Source: Flavobacteriaceae bacterium (lineage in GTDB: Bacteria; Bacteroidota; Bacteroidia; Flavobacteriales; Flavobacteriaceae). From it: a stretch of DNA of 64,000 nucleotides. The DNA lies in the NCBI GenBank assembly GCA_045561915.1, contig JBJKWV010000001.1, forward strand, positions 1,167 to 65,166, in the 5' to 3' direction. Below the pieces are notes generated by a model, which was given only the letters and a program-made list of their open reading frames with translations, was not told where the DNA came from and did no database searches. Position 1 is the first letter of the stretch, and each line of letters begins with the position of its first letter. This document shows positions 39,875 through 50,170 of this stretch, one piece after another. The translations under genes and the position numbers were made by a program.

Positions 39875-40627
39875 CTATAATTGTAATAATCGATATTCTT
39901 CATAACATTTTGAAATAGCTTCAAGAATTTGTAGATCATTTGCCTCACTAATAAAAGCATCCGAATAATTACAATTTCTCAAAATTTCATCGATATCAAT
40001 TCGTTTAATTCCTAGTAGTTGAATTAGAACCTGGCGATCAAATTTTGACATTAAAAGGTTTTTTATTCCATCATCTTCACGCATACGCTTCAATTTTCTC
40101 ATTTGAACTGCATTTTTTCCGAACATATTGTTTAATAAGTCTAATGGGTTAAATAAATTTCCGATAGCTTTTGAAATATTTCTAGGATTTCTTCCGCCTG
40201 ATTCATAGCCTAAATTTGGAAGTCCCGAGATACTGTACCTTTTAGCAGTATTTATAGGTGAATTTTTTACATCAATATCTAGGTATCCAGTCAGCTGATA
40301 TGGTCTAACCTCTATTTCTTCCAATGCAAAGGCTAGCTCAGTCATTACAAATTTGAAGTTGCCGAACTTTAGCATATCATTAGTTACAGCAATCTTTAAA
40401 GGCTTAAATCCCAAATATGAAAAATATAAAGTGTCTTTAACGTTAACTTTAATTTTAAATAAGCCTTTCTGGTCTGTAATTGATCCGATAACTTGGGTAA
40501 GATTAAGAACGTGAACACTAGACATAGGAAGTCCTGTACTTTCATTTTCAACAATTGCACTGAAGTTTTCTTGTGAAATGCCTTTAAAGACAAATAAAAA
40601 TAATACCACAGCCCAAATCTTCCTCAT
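39875..40627 (-). CDS. Secreted protein with N-terminal carboxypeptidase-regulatory-like (CarboxypepD_reg) domain
   Basis: 250 aa with a signal peptide. Then ..AIVENESTGLPMSSVHVLNLTQVIGSITDQKGLFKIKVNVKDTLYFSYLGFKPLKI.., typical of this beta-sandwich domain. Confidence 0.55.
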   Translation of the reverse strand: MRKIWAVVLFLFVFKGISQENFSAIVENESTGLPMSSVHVLNLTQVIGSITDQKGLFKIKVNVKDTLYFSYLGFKPLKIAVTNDMLKFGNFKFVMTELAFALEEIEVRPYQLTGYLDIDVKNSPINTAKRYSISGLPNLGYESGGRNPRNISKAIGNLFNPLDLLNNMFGKNAVQMRKLKRMREDDGIKNLLMSKFDRQVLIQLLGIKRIDIDEILRNCNYSDAFISEANDLQILEAISKCYEEYRLLQL

Positions 40628-40690
40628 GTTATAAATTTATGATAAATTTTTTTTTAAAACCTTTTATGCTAAACCTAATTAGTTAAATAA

Positions 40691-41266
40691 TTAAGTCCTT
40701 TCAAGGAGTTTCACAAGTTGAACTATTGCTAACGCCCTATGGCTTATTTTGTTTTTTGTTGTATCTCCTAATTCAGCAAATGTTTTCTTATAGCCTTTGG
40801 GAATAAAGATAGGATCATAACCAAAGCCCTCTAATCCACGTTTTTCATAAATAATACTACCCTCAACCTTTCCCTGAAAACAGATTTTTTTTTTATTTAA
40901 ATGAACATAAATTACGGATCGAAAAATTGCCTTTGGATTTCTAATGCCCTTGAGTTCTTTCCAAATTTTTTCAATGTTAGCATCATTATTTTTTTGATCT
41001 CCGGCATAACGGGCAGAATAAACACCTGGAGCACCTCCTAATGCATCAATTTCAAGTCCAGAATCGTCAGAGAAACAGTCAAGACCGTATTTATATCTTA
41101 CATAATCAGCTTTTATTTTTGCATTTTCTTCAAGGGTACTTCCTGTTTCCTTGATTTCCTTAATGCAACCAATATCATTGAGACTCAAAAGCGAGTATTT
41201 TAAAGGTACAATTTGTTTGAGTTCCTCAACTTTGTTTTGATTATGAGTAGCGAAGATAATTTTCAT
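40691..41266 (-). CDS. rdgB: Non-canonical purine NTP pyrophosphatase (RdgB/HAM1 family)
   Basis: 191 aa: MKIIFATHNQNKVEE.., ..DDSGLEIDALGGAPGVYSARYAG.., ..GFGYDPIF.., ..ISHRA... Confidence 0.88.
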   Translation of the reverse strand: MKIIFATHNQNKVEELKQIVPLKYSLLSLNDIGCIKEIKETGSTLEENAKIKADYVRYKYGLDCFSDDSGLEIDALGGAPGVYSARYAGDQKNNDANIEKIWKELKGIRNPKAIFRSVIYVHLNKKKICFQGKVEGSIIYEKRGLEGFGYDPIFIPKGYKKTFAELGDTTKNKISHRALAIVQLVKLLERT

Positions 41267-41275
41267 TTATTCGAA

Positions 41276-41749
41276 TTATTGATTGTGATAAGGATGATTA
41301 TTAATAATCGTGAATGCTCTAAAGAGTTGTTCGCAGAAGAAAAGTCTTACCATTTGATGAGAAAATGTCATTTTTGAGAGTGCAAAACGGTTTGGAAAAA
41401 TCTCATAAACTTCATCAGAAAAACCATAAGCACCTCCTACTACAAAAATAATTTTCTTTTTTCCTTTAATCATATAATTTTCAATTTCCTTAGAAAAAGT
41501 TTTAGAGTCTAAAGATTTTCCTTTTTCATCCAGAAGAATCACAGTGTCATTTGGATTTAATTTTTGAAGTAATAATTTACCCTCTTGTATTTTAACTTTT
41601 ATTTTATCTATTTTTTTTAATATTTTAATTTCAGGTAGATATATAATGGAGAATCTAACATAATGCTTTAGACGTTTTTGATATTCCAATACAGCATCTG
41701 ACCAAAATGATCGGTCAGTTTTCCCAATACACATTAATTGTATCTCCAT
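41276..41749 (-). CDS. rlmH: 23S rRNA (pseudouridine1915-N3)-methyltransferase
   Basis: 157 aa SPOUT protein: ..LDEKGK..S..FS.., ..FVVGGAYGFS.., ..LSKMTFSHQMVR... Confidence 0.88.
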   Translation of the reverse strand: MEIQLMCIGKTDRSFWSDAVLEYQKRLKHYVRFSIIYLPEIKILKKIDKIKVKIQEGKLLLQKLNPNDTVILLDEKGKSLDSKTFSKEIENYMIKGKKKIIFVVGGAYGFSDEVYEIFPNRFALSKMTFSHQMVRLFFCEQLFRAFTIINNHPYHNQ

Positions 41750-41843
41750 TTGTCAAAGTTACAAATGCTTTCAATTTTTAATGTATTTATCTCTTCATAT
41801 GATTTAGCCTTATATCTTTGTACGTAATATAAGGAATTCAGTC

Positions 41844-42782
41844 ATGTCAAAAATATTGCAACTTCCTCTAATAAAGCCTATTGTACTCTTTTTAAAAGCT
41901 ATAAAACCACCAGGATTTTATGGATTCTCTATTTATGATTTATTAGAAATGTATATGATTGGAATCATAAAGGGTGCTTTGACCTCAAGAGCAGGAAGCA
42001 TTTCCTTTAGTTTTTTTATGGCACTGTTTCCTTTTCTTCTCTTTATTTTAAACCTGGTACCCTTTATAGATATGATTCCATTTATTAAAATTGATAATTT
42101 TGATCAGACTTTCTTGAATTATATAGAGCTTTTTCTTCCCCCTGAGACCCAGAATTTTTTTTCTGATATTTTTGATGATATAAGAAATAAACCAAGAGGA
42201 GGTCTTCTGTCTTCTGTGTTTTTACTCTCTATATTTTTATCGGCTAATGGAATTTCTTCCATATTTGGTAGTTTTGAAGTTTCTTATCATGTCACTTTTT
42301 CAAGAAGCTTCTTCAGACAGTATTTACTTTCTTTAGGTGTAAGTGTTATATTGGCTTTACTTTCTTTACTAACTGTCATAATGTTTTTTTATTTTGAATT
42401 TTATATTCTGAATAATCTAGATTCTTTAATTCCCTCTGAAATAAGATTGACTAGAATTGGTCAATCTATATTTTTTGGGCTTTTTGTTTATCTAACTGTC
42501 AATATTCTATATTATTTTGGCACTATTGAGGGAAGAAAAAACCATTTTTTTACTCCAGGTTCTTTAATGACTACATTATTGTTTTTTTTGACAACTTATG
42601 GTTTTGGAATTTACATTGAAAACTTTTCTAACTATAATCAATTGTACGGATCTATAGGAGCATTGTTAATATTTCTCTTATATATATGGATTAACTCTAA
42701 TATATTACTTCTTGGATTTGAATTGAATGCAACATTGACAAGGTTTAAGAGAGAACCAAAGAGATCTTTAGATGAAGATTAA
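41844..42782 (+). CDS. YihY/BrkB-family inner-membrane protein
   Basis: 312 aa with six TM helices and a ..YGSIGALLIFLLYIWINSNILLLGFELNA.. C-terminal block typical of the family. Confidence 0.75.
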   Translation: MSKILQLPLIKPIVLFLKAIKPPGFYGFSIYDLLEMYMIGIIKGALTSRAGSISFSFFMALFPFLLFILNLVPFIDMIPFIKIDNFDQTFLNYIELFLPPETQNFFSDIFDDIRNKPRGGLLSSVFLLSIFLSANGISSIFGSFEVSYHVTFSRSFFRQYLLSLGVSVILALLSLLTVIMFFYFEFYILNNLDSLIPSEIRLTRIGQSIFFGLFVYLTVNILYYFGTIEGRKNHFFTPGSLMTTLLFFLTTYGFGIYIENFSNYNQLYGSIGALLIFLLYIWINSNILLLGFELNATLTRFKREPKRSLDED

Positions 42783-45240
42783 TTCGAATATTTACTTTAT
42801 AGATGTTATACTCCCATTGGCATTACCTAAATCCTATACTTATTTTATTACTGAGGATCAATATGTTTTGTTAAGTCCAGGATTTCGTGTTGCAGTTTCA
42901 TTTGGAAAACAAAAAATTTATACTGGTATTGTCACTAAAGTTCATAAAGTAGCACCTCAAACATATGAACCTAAACCTATTGTAATGATTTTGGATAAGT
43001 CTCCTATGATTACAATAAATCAGCTTGATTTCTGGAATTGGATTTCAAATTATTACATGTGTACTGAAGGAGAAGTTCTTAGAGCATCTTTACCCTCAGC
43101 CTTAATGATTGAAAGTGAAAGTGTTTTAGTAAAATGTGAAGTTACAGAAGAACAATTAGACTCTCTTTCTGATTTACAATATATTGTTTTTGAAGCTCTT
43201 GATAAACAAAATTTGAGTTTAGAAGATATAAGTAAAATCACTGAAATCAATAAAGTTATGCCCCTAGTTCTAGATATGATAGATAAAAAAGTGGCGATGA
43301 TTCACCAAAAAATTGAAGAGAAGTTCAAGCCTAAAAAGGTTAGAGTGGTTAGGCTGATTTCAGTTTTCAGAAAATCAAATCAATTAGAAGAAGTATTTAT
43401 AAAACTAGAAAGAGCTCCAAAGCAAAAGGCTATTATTATGGCATTAATTAATCAAGGTGGGGATTTAAATTCATGGCATAAAGTGTCTAAATTAAAGGAG
43501 GTTTCACTGGTAAAAAGTTCTCACGTTAAAGCCTTAATTGATAGGAAAATTTTAGAAGAATCTTACATAGAAACAAATCGCCTTTTAATTAGGGAAGTTA
43601 AGAATCAAATTATAGAAAAATCTCTTTCTAAATCCCAATCAATTGCATTAAAAAATATAAAGACTCAATTTTTAAACAAAGATGTGGTTCTTCTGGAAGG
43701 GGTTACCTCATCTGGAAAAACAGAAGTTTATATTAATTTAATTGAAGAACAAATAAAAGCAAAAAAACAAGTGCTTTATCTCTTGCCAGAAATATCTCTA
43801 ACATCACAAATTGTAAAACGTTTAACATCGAGATTTGGAGATCAGATTTTAGTATATCATTCTCGGTTTTCAATTCATGAGCGTACAGAAGTATGGAATC
43901 AGGTCTTAGATAAAAATTCCCAAAGAAAAATAATAGTCGGTGCCCGTTCCTCTATTTTTTTGCCTTTTCAAGATTTAGGCTTGGTCATTGTAGATGAAGA
44001 ACATGAAAACTCATATAAACAATTTGATCCTGCTCCTCGATATCAAGCTCGAGATAGTGTAATCTACCTTGCTCAAAGTATGAAAGCTAAAGTACTATTG
44101 GGATCAGCAACGCCATCTATGGAAACAGCAGAAAATGTTAGAACTGAAAAATATGGTTGGGTAAAATTAAAAGAACGTTTTGGTGGTGTCTCTTTACCTA
44201 AAATTGAACTTGTTAACCTCAAAGAGGCACATCGAAAAAAAAACATGAAAGGTGTTTTTTCTGAAAGTCTTGTTGAATCTATAAGTGAAACTTTAACTCA
44301 TGGAAAACAAGTAATTTTATTCCAAAACCGAAGGGGCTATGCACCTATTTTGGAATGTCTTAGTTGTGGATATTCTCCACAATGTACTCAATGTGACGTT
44401 TCACTCACATATCATCAGGTGAAAAATCAATTGTGTTGTCATTACTGTGGATATAACATTTCCATGCCCAATAGTTGTCACTCTTGTGGAATGACAACAT
44501 TATCAACTAAAGGTTATGGTACTCAACAAATTGAAGAGCAGATTAAAAAACTTTTCCCAAAAGCTTCAGTAGGTAGAATGGATTGGGATAGCACAAGGGG
44601 TAAATGGGATTTTGATAAAATTATAGAAGGTTTTGAGAATGAAAGAGTTCAAATTTTAGTAGGTACTCAAATGGTTGTAAAAGGATTAGATTTTAAAAAT
44701 GTTTTACTAGTTGGAGTCATTAATGCTGATCACGTTTTAAACCTACCAGATTTTAGGGCTCATGAAAGAAGTTATCAAATGTTATGTCAAGTTGCAGGAC
44801 GCGCAGGAAGATCAGATAATAAAGGGAAGGTTATAATACAGACTTTTCAACCTCATCATCCTATTTTGAAAAATGTCTTGGAACATGACTATGAAGGTCT
44901 TTACACATCTCAAGAAATAGAGCGTAAAAATTATCATTATCCACCTTATTTTAGAATTATAAGAATAACTTTTAAAAGTCGTCAATATGAAACATTAAAC
45001 ATCTCATCAGAATGGTTTTCAAATGTATTTAAGCAGTCTTATCGAGGTTCAGTTTTGGGACCCGTTTTTCCTGCTATTAGCAGAGTAAGAAATCAGTTTA
45101 TTAAACAACTACTAATTAAAATAGATTATAAATTAAATTCAAATCAAGTGAAAAGTCTCCTCAAAAAAACTTACAAAAGTTTTCAAGCTATAGCAGCCTT
45201 TAGAAATATAAGAGTGAATTTTGATGTTGATCCCCACTAA
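42772..45240 (+). CDS. priA: Primosomal protein N' (replication restart helicase)
   Basis: 822 aa with Walker A GVTSSGKTEVY, DEEH box (VIVDEEHE), and a Cys-rich zinc insert (CLSCGYSPQCTQCDVSLTYH..CHYCGY..CHSCG). It overlaps the upstream gene by 11 nt. Confidence 0.92.
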   Translation: MKINSNIYFIDVILPLALPKSYTYFITEDQYVLLSPGFRVAVSFGKQKIYTGIVTKVHKVAPQTYEPKPIVMILDKSPMITINQLDFWNWISNYYMCTEGEVLRASLPSALMIESESVLVKCEVTEEQLDSLSDLQYIVFEALDKQNLSLEDISKITEINKVMPLVLDMIDKKVAMIHQKIEEKFKPKKVRVVRLISVFRKSNQLEEVFIKLERAPKQKAIIMALINQGGDLNSWHKVSKLKEVSLVKSSHVKALIDRKILEESYIETNRLLIREVKNQIIEKSLSKSQSIALKNIKTQFLNKDVVLLEGVTSSGKTEVYINLIEEQIKAKKQVLYLLPEISLTSQIVKRLTSRFGDQILVYHSRFSIHERTEVWNQVLDKNSQRKIIVGARSSIFLPFQDLGLVIVDEEHENSYKQFDPAPRYQARDSVIYLAQSMKAKVLLGSATPSMETAENVRTEKYGWVKLKERFGGVSLPKIELVNLKEAHRKKNMKGVFSESLVESISETLTHGKQVILFQNRRGYAPILECLSCGYSPQCTQCDVSLTYHQVKNQLCCHYCGYNISMPNSCHSCGMTTLSTKGYGTQQIEEQIKKLFPKASVGRMDWDSTRGKWDFDKIIEGFENERVQILVGTQMVVKGLDFKNVLLVGVINADHVLNLPDFRAHERSYQMLCQVAGRAGRSDNKGKVIIQTFQPHHPILKNVLEHDYEGLYTSQEIERKNYHYPPYFRIIRITFKSRQYETLNISSEWFSNVFKQSYRGSVLGPVFPAISRVRNQFIKQLLIKIDYKLNSNQVKSLLKKTYKSFQAIAAFRNIRVNFDVDPH

Positions 45241-45352
45241 TAACTTAAAGGCAGATATATTTCTAAATTCTATTTAAAAAGTAAATAACAAAATTGTGAA
45301 AACGTTATATAATTAAAAATAAGTTGAATTTAATATTAATAATAATCGTTGA

Positions 45353-45388
45353 TTTGTTTGGGTTTAAATAATCAGAAACGTATTTTTG
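45353..45388 (+). promoter_or_regulatory. Candidate promoter of the rpsF-rpsR-rplI operon (-33 TTTG / -7 TATTTTTG)
   Basis: TTTGTTTG at 45353..45360, a 20-nt spacer, then TATTTTTG at 45381..45388. The ATG is at 45407. Confidence 0.5.
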
Positions 45389-45406
45389 CAATCCTAAAAT
45401 AATATT

Positions 45407-45745
45407 ATGAATCAATACGAAACTGTTTTCATTTTAAATCCCGTTCTTTCTGAAATTCAGATTGAGGAAGCAGTTCAAAAATATATAGATCTAATTAAGT
45501 CTCAAAAAGGTTCGATTTCCAATCAGGAAAATTGGGGACTTAAAAAACTAGCCTATCCTATAGAAAACAAAAAAAGTGGCTTCTATCATCTTTTTGAATT
45601 TGCTGCATCTAGCGACGCGGTCCCTGCTCTAGAAGTAGAATTTAGACGCGATGAGCGTGTGATGCGTTATTTGACTGTAAAATTAGATAAACATGGACAA
45701 GCATGGGCAGAAAAAAGGAAAAAAAGAATTAAAGCAAAATCATAA
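45407..45745 (+). CDS. rpsF: 30S ribosomal protein S6
   Basis: 112 aa, MNQYETVFILNP..WGLKKLAYPI..GFYHLFEF... Confidence 0.93.
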   Translation: MNQYETVFILNPVLSEIQIEEAVQKYIDLIKSQKGSISNQENWGLKKLAYPIENKKSGFYHLFEFAASSDAVPALEVEFRRDERVMRYLTVKLDKHGQAWAEKRKKRIKAKS

Positions 45746-45748
45746 ATA

Positions 45749-46045
45749 ATGTCTAAGATAGAAGAACAAAATTCTGGAAAAAAGGAAGGGGAAATACGTT
45801 ATTTAACCCCTTTAAACATAGATACTTCAACGCAAAAAAAGTATTGTCGTTTCAAAAGATCAGGAATAAAATATATAGATTATAAAGATTCTGATTTCTT
45901 ATTGAAATTTGTCAATGAGCAAGGAAAAATTTTACCAAGAAGGCTTACAGGAACCTCATTAAAGTATCAACGTAAAGTCTCTGTAGCAGTAAAGAGAGCT
46001 CGTCATTTGGCTTTGATGCCATATGTTGCTGATATGTTGAAATAA
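45749..46045 (+). CDS. rpsR: 30S ribosomal protein S18
   Basis: 98 aa, ..[56 protein letters not shown]... Confidence 0.93.
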   Translation: MSKIEEQNSGKKEGEIRYLTPLNIDTSTQKKYCRFKRSGIKYIDYKDSDFLLKFVNEQGKILPRRLTGTSLKYQRKVSVAVKRARHLALMPYVADMLK

Positions 46046-46058
46046 CAAAAACATAATT

Positions 46059-46514
46059 ATGGAATTAATTTTAAAAGAGGATATTCAAAATCTTGGATTT
46101 AAAGATGATATCGTTAATGTGAAAAATGGTTATGGACGAAACTTTCTTATTCCGCAAGGAAAAGCTGTCATTGCTACTGTTTCTGCGAAGAAGGTTCTAA
46201 ACGAAAACTTAAAGCAACGTGCCTTCAAGGAAAAATCTGTTATTGACGAAGCAAACAAAAGGGCAAAAGAAATTAAATCGCTTGATATCAAACTACCTTC
46301 GAAGGTAGGATCTGGAGATAAGCTTTTCGGATCAATTACTAACTCAGATCTTGCAGCGGCAATAAGCACTCTGTCTTCTGAAATTGATAAAAAACATATA
46401 ACATTACCAGGGAAAATCATAAAGCGTCTCGGAAAGTATGAAGCAAATATTAGGCTTCACAGAGAAGTACATTTTGAATTGCCTTTTGAAATTGTGCCTG
46501 ACTCAAAATCATAA
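46059..46514 (+). CDS. rplI: 50S ribosomal protein L9
   Basis: 151 aa, MELILKEDIQNLGFKDDIVNVKNGYGRNFLIPQGKAV... Confidence 0.93.
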   Translation: MELILKEDIQNLGFKDDIVNVKNGYGRNFLIPQGKAVIATVSAKKVLNENLKQRAFKEKSVIDEANKRAKEIKSLDIKLPSKVGSGDKLFGSITNSDLAAAISTLSSEIDKKHITLPGKIIKRLGKYEANIRLHREVHFELPFEIVPDSKS

Positions 46515-46517
46515 CTC

Positions 46518-46546
46518 AAAAAGCCCACTACAAAGTGGGTTTTTTA
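46518..46546 (+). terminator. Intrinsic terminator after rplI
   Basis: AAAAGCCCACT-acaa-AGTGGGTTTTTT begins 4 nt after the rplI stop. Confidence 0.8.
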
Positions 46547-46557
46547 TTTACAGCACA

Positions 46558-47040
46558 TTGAAATATCACAAACTATCTGAGGCTCAATTTAATGAAATGC
46601 ATAGAGAGTTTACTCTTTTTTTAGCATCTCAAAATATAGATAAAAGAGATTGGCTAATTATTAAATCAAAAAAACCAGAGTTAGTTGATAAATATTTAAA
46701 TTCTTTCAGTGATTTAGTATGGGAAAAGATCTTGTCAAACTGTCAATATCTTGAATTTTCGACTGTAAGTCAAATATTTTTGTTTCATACTAAGGAAAAT
46801 TCAGTAGATGCTTTGATAGTAAAAATAGACAAAAAATTAGCTGATTTAAATACGGCTGAAGGTTTCAAAAAAGTTTTAACTTTATTAAAATCAGAGAAAG
46901 TAGACATATTTGAATCAACAAATGTGTATACCCCTTCTCGAAATGAATTTATATATGATTATCTTAGAAAAGGATCTGTAATTTCAGATGGGAAACGTTA
47001 TGAGCTATTGAAAAGTTATTTTTACAATTCAGCAAAATAG
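46558..47040 (+). CDS. Conserved hypothetical cytoplasmic protein (DUF6495-like; tentative)
   Basis: The track ORF (46438) begins inside rplI and runs through its terminator, so the real start must be downstream. An in-frame TTG at 46558 gives (M)KYHKLSEAQFNEMHREFTLFLASQ... ATG at 46597 is the alternative. The family call is from memory only. Confidence 0.5.
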   Translation: MKYHKLSEAQFNEMHREFTLFLASQNIDKRDWLIIKSKKPELVDKYLNSFSDLVWEKILSNCQYLEFSTVSQIFLFHTKENSVDALIVKIDKKLADLNTAEGFKKVLTLLKSEKVDIFESTNVYTPSRNEFIYDYLRKGSVISDGKRYELLKSYFYNSAK

Positions 47041-47067
47041 AAGATATTTGTTTAAGATTTTATAAAA

Positions 47068-48438
47068 ATGTCAATTAAACCCTCTACACCAAAAGGTACT
47101 CGTGATTTTACCTCCGAAGAATTATCTAAGCGTAATTATATAAAAAATATTCTTCAAAAATCTTTTGAGTCTTTCGCATTCAGTCCAATTGAAACTCCAA
47201 GTTTTGAACGTTTAGAAACTTTAACTGGTGTTTATGGTGAAGAGGGAGATCGTCTAGTATTTAAAATTTTAAATTCTGGAGAAAAAATTAAAAAAGCAGA
47301 TTTAGAAGCTTTTTCAGATGGCGATAATCATAAATTTACACGTTCTATATCTGAAAAAGCATTAAGATATGACCTAACAGTTCCTTTTGCACGTTTCGTT
47401 GCTCAACATCAAAACGAACTAATTTTTCCATACCGAAGGTATCAAATTCAACCTGTATGGCGAGCTGATCGCCCACAACACGGTCGATATCAAGAATTCT
47501 ATCAATGTGATGCAGATATTGTTGGTGAGCGTTCACTTTGGCAAGAGGTTGAGATGATTTCTTTGTATGATAGGGCTTTCTCAGCTTTAAAAATTAAAGG
47601 AGTTGTATTAAAAGTAAATCATAGAAGAATTTTAGCTGGAATTATGGGGCTATTAAATGAAAGCTCTAAATTAATTGATTTCACAACTACTTTAGATAAA
47701 ATTGATAAAATTGGCCGTCAGGGAGTTTTAAATGAATTGGCTAAAAATAATTTTTCAGATGGATCTCTAAAAATCATTGAAAAAATTCTGAATCTACATG
47801 GGGAGAAGAAAAATCAAATATCCATACTAAAAGAATTACTTTCTTCTCAAGAACAAGGTTTGGAGGGTTTATCAGAGTTAAAGTTTGTTTTAGATCAATT
47901 TAAAGACAAAGAACTTGAATCAGTAAAATTAGAATTTGATTTATCTCTTGCTCGTGGTCTTCATTATTATACAGGAATGATTATTGAGGTCAAAGCCCCT
48001 GATGCAGTTAAAATTGGATCTATTGGAGGTGGAGGTCGTTATGACAATCTTACAAGTAATTTTGGGTTAAAAAATATGAGTGGAATTGGAATTTCCTTTG
48101 GATTTGAAAGAATTTATTTATTAATGAATGAATTAGGAATTTTTCCAGAAACACTATCATCTCGAACACAAGTTTTGTTTACAAATTTTGGAGAAAAGGC
48201 AGCAAAAGTTGCTTATTCATATCTAACTCAGTTGAGAAATAAGAATATTACTTGCGAGCTATATCCAAGTGAGGCTAAGCTTAAAAAACAATTGAATTAT
48301 GCGAATTCAAAGGGTATTCAAAAAGTAATACTAATAGGCTCAGAAGAATTAAAGGAAAATTCTTTTATTCTAAAGAACATGACAAGCGGGGAGCAAACTA
48401 GTCATGGTTTACCAGACCTAATAAATTTATTTAACTAA
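47068..48438 (+). CDS. hisS: Histidine--tRNA ligase
   Basis: 456 aa with class-II aaRS motifs (..YRRYQIQPVWRADRPQHGRYQEFYQCDADIVG.., ..GGGGRYDNL.., ..GISFGFERI..) and a C-terminal anticodon-binding domain. Confidence 0.92.
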   Translation: MSIKPSTPKGTRDFTSEELSKRNYIKNILQKSFESFAFSPIETPSFERLETLTGVYGEEGDRLVFKILNSGEKIKKADLEAFSDGDNHKFTRSISEKALRYDLTVPFARFVAQHQNELIFPYRRYQIQPVWRADRPQHGRYQEFYQCDADIVGERSLWQEVEMISLYDRAFSALKIKGVVLKVNHRRILAGIMGLLNESSKLIDFTTTLDKIDKIGRQGVLNELAKNNFSDGSLKIIEKILNLHGEKKNQISILKELLSSQEQGLEGLSELKFVLDQFKDKELESVKLEFDLSLARGLHYYTGMIIEVKAPDAVKIGSIGGGGRYDNLTSNFGLKNMSGIGISFGFERIYLLMNELGIFPETLSSRTQVLFTNFGEKAAKVAYSYLTQLRNKNITCELYPSEAKLKKQLNYANSKGIQKVILIGSEELKENSFILKNMTSGEQTSHGLPDLINLFN

Positions 48439-49277
48439 ACTTCAGTTTTTGGATTTAAGGTTGGTTTAGAATATGGTTGAAAAGGTTGTTTTAAGAGTTT
48501 ATTAATTTGACTATTTGCTTCTTCATCATAAAATACATCTACTCCATAAATTAGTTTTTCTCTATCGAAAGGGAGGTAGGTTCCAAAAGCTCGATCCCAG
48601 ACCGAAAAAATATTTCCGTAATTAGCATCAGTGTATGGTAGTCGATAGTGATGATGTGTCTTATGCATATCTGGTGATACAAATAAATAGCTGAGATAAA
48701 GATCTATTTTTTTTGGAAGTTTTATGTTTGCATGAGTGAATTGAGTCGATATTAGAGATATTGATTGATAAAGCATTATGATTCCAATGTTAGTTCCGAC
48801 TAAAAAAACTCCTAATAAAGTAAAACCAAAACGAATAAAACTTTCCAAAGGGTGGTGTCTATTAGCTGTTGTAGTGTCAACATGATGATCACTGTGATGA
48901 ACCAAATGAATCATCCAAAGTGGTTTTATCTTGTGTTCTAACCAATGAGGCGTGTAGGCTCCTATTAAATCTAACAATAAAAGTCCTATAAAGACTTCAA
49001 GCCAAACAGGAAGCTCAGAAATTAAGTGTAAAACACCAAATTTATTGTTAACAACCCAATCTGAAGTATTCAATAAAAGAAAGGCAAGTAAAAAATTTAT
49101 TAAAATAGTGGTTAAAGTAAAAAATAGGTTGGGTAAAGCATGTTTCCACTTTTTATATTCAAACCGAAATAGAGAAAAGTTTCCTTCCAAAATCCAAAAG
49201 AAACTTAAGCCGCCAACTAAAATCAAACTTCTGTGTGCAGAAGAAATCGATTCAAAATACCCCATTATCATCTCCAT
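48435..49277 (-). CDS. Fatty-acid hydroxylase / sterol desaturase-family membrane di-iron enzyme
   Basis: 280 aa with histidine boxes HWLEHK, HLVHHSDHH and HKTHHH, plus 4 TM helices. The start may instead be the downstream Met (MGYFES..). Confidence 0.75.
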   Translation of the reverse strand: MEMIMGYFESISSAHRSLILVGGLSFFWILEGNFSLFRFEYKKWKHALPNLFFTLTTILINFLLAFLLLNTSDWVVNNKFGVLHLISELPVWLEVFIGLLLLDLIGAYTPHWLEHKIKPLWMIHLVHHSDHHVDTTTANRHHPLESFIRFGFTLLGVFLVGTNIGIIMLYQSISLISTQFTHANIKLPKKIDLYLSYLFVSPDMHKTHHHYRLPYTDANYGNIFSVWDRAFGTYLPFDREKLIYGVDVFYDEEANSQINKLLKQPFQPYSKPTLNPKTEV

Positions 49278-49395
49278 TTATTCCAATTTTTTTTTAAAAA
49301 TATAAAAAAACATTTACATCCTCTTGTTCATGTAATTTTACCATAATAAATTTTACTAATTTTAATGATATTAGGTATTAACTAAACTTGTATTA

Positions 49396-50169
49396 ATGAA
49401 ATATTTATTTTTCTTTTTTTTAATTGTTCAAACAGTATCTTCTCAGATTAAACTTAATCCAGAAGATACCGAGGTATGGCATCCTGAACCTAAAGTAGTA
49501 ACTCCAGGAAAATCATCTGCTCCTCCAAGTGATGCAATCATACTTTTTGATGGAACAGATTTTTTAAAATGGCAACACGGAAACACTAAAAAACCAGTCC
49601 AATGGACACTTAATAAAGACAAGTCAATGACAGTGAAACCAGGTAAAGGAGGGATAGAAACTATAGAAGAACATGGATCTATTCAATTCCATATCGAGTG
49701 GAAGACTCCAACTGTAATCAAAGGAAAAGGGCAGGGTAGGGGAAATAGCGGTATTTTCTTCCAAAGACGATATGAAGTTCAAGTTTTAGATAGCTACAAC
49801 AATAGAACATATTCAAATGGACAAGCATCCTCAATATATAAACAACATATCCCGTTGGTAAACTCTACTCGAAAACCCGGAGAATGGCAAGTTTATGATA
49901 TCATTTTTAATGAACCTAAATTTAATTCAGAGGGTCAAAAAATAAAATCAGGATCGTTCACTATTTTTCTAAATGGAGTTTTAGTTCAGAATAATGTTGA
50001 GATACTAGGAACAACAGAATATATTGGTGTTCCAAAAAATGGAAGAGATGATATGCCGGGCGACAGAGGATCAGATTATGAATCTCCTGAATATAGTCGA
50101 CGTACACTAACCTTACAAGATCATGGAGATTTAGTGAGTTATAGAAATATATGGATGCGTAAACTATAG
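49396..50169 (+). CDS. Secreted DUF1080 (3-keto-disaccharide hydrolase-like, ConA-fold) protein
   Basis: 257 aa with a signal peptide. Family blocks are ..ILFDGTDFLKWQ.., ..GNSGIFFQRRYEVQVLDSYNN.., and ..LTLQDHGDLVSYRNIWMRKL. Confidence 0.75.
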   Translation: MKYLFFFFLIVQTVSSQIKLNPEDTEVWHPEPKVVTPGKSSAPPSDAIILFDGTDFLKWQHGNTKKPVQWTLNKDKSMTVKPGKGGIETIEEHGSIQFHIEWKTPTVIKGKGQGRGNSGIFFQRRYEVQVLDSYNNRTYSNGQASSIYKQHIPLVNSTRKPGEWQVYDIIFNEPKFNSEGQKIKSGSFTIFLNGVLVQNNVEILGTTEYIGVPKNGRDDMPGDRGSDYESPEYSRRTLTLQDHGDLVSYRNIWMRKL

Positions 50170-50170
50170 A

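Noticed and set aside
46438-46557. N-terminal 40 codons of the track ORF 46438..47040
   Set aside because: This part lies inside rplI in another frame and runs through the rplI terminator hairpin. The real start must be downstream (TTG 46558 or ATG 46597).
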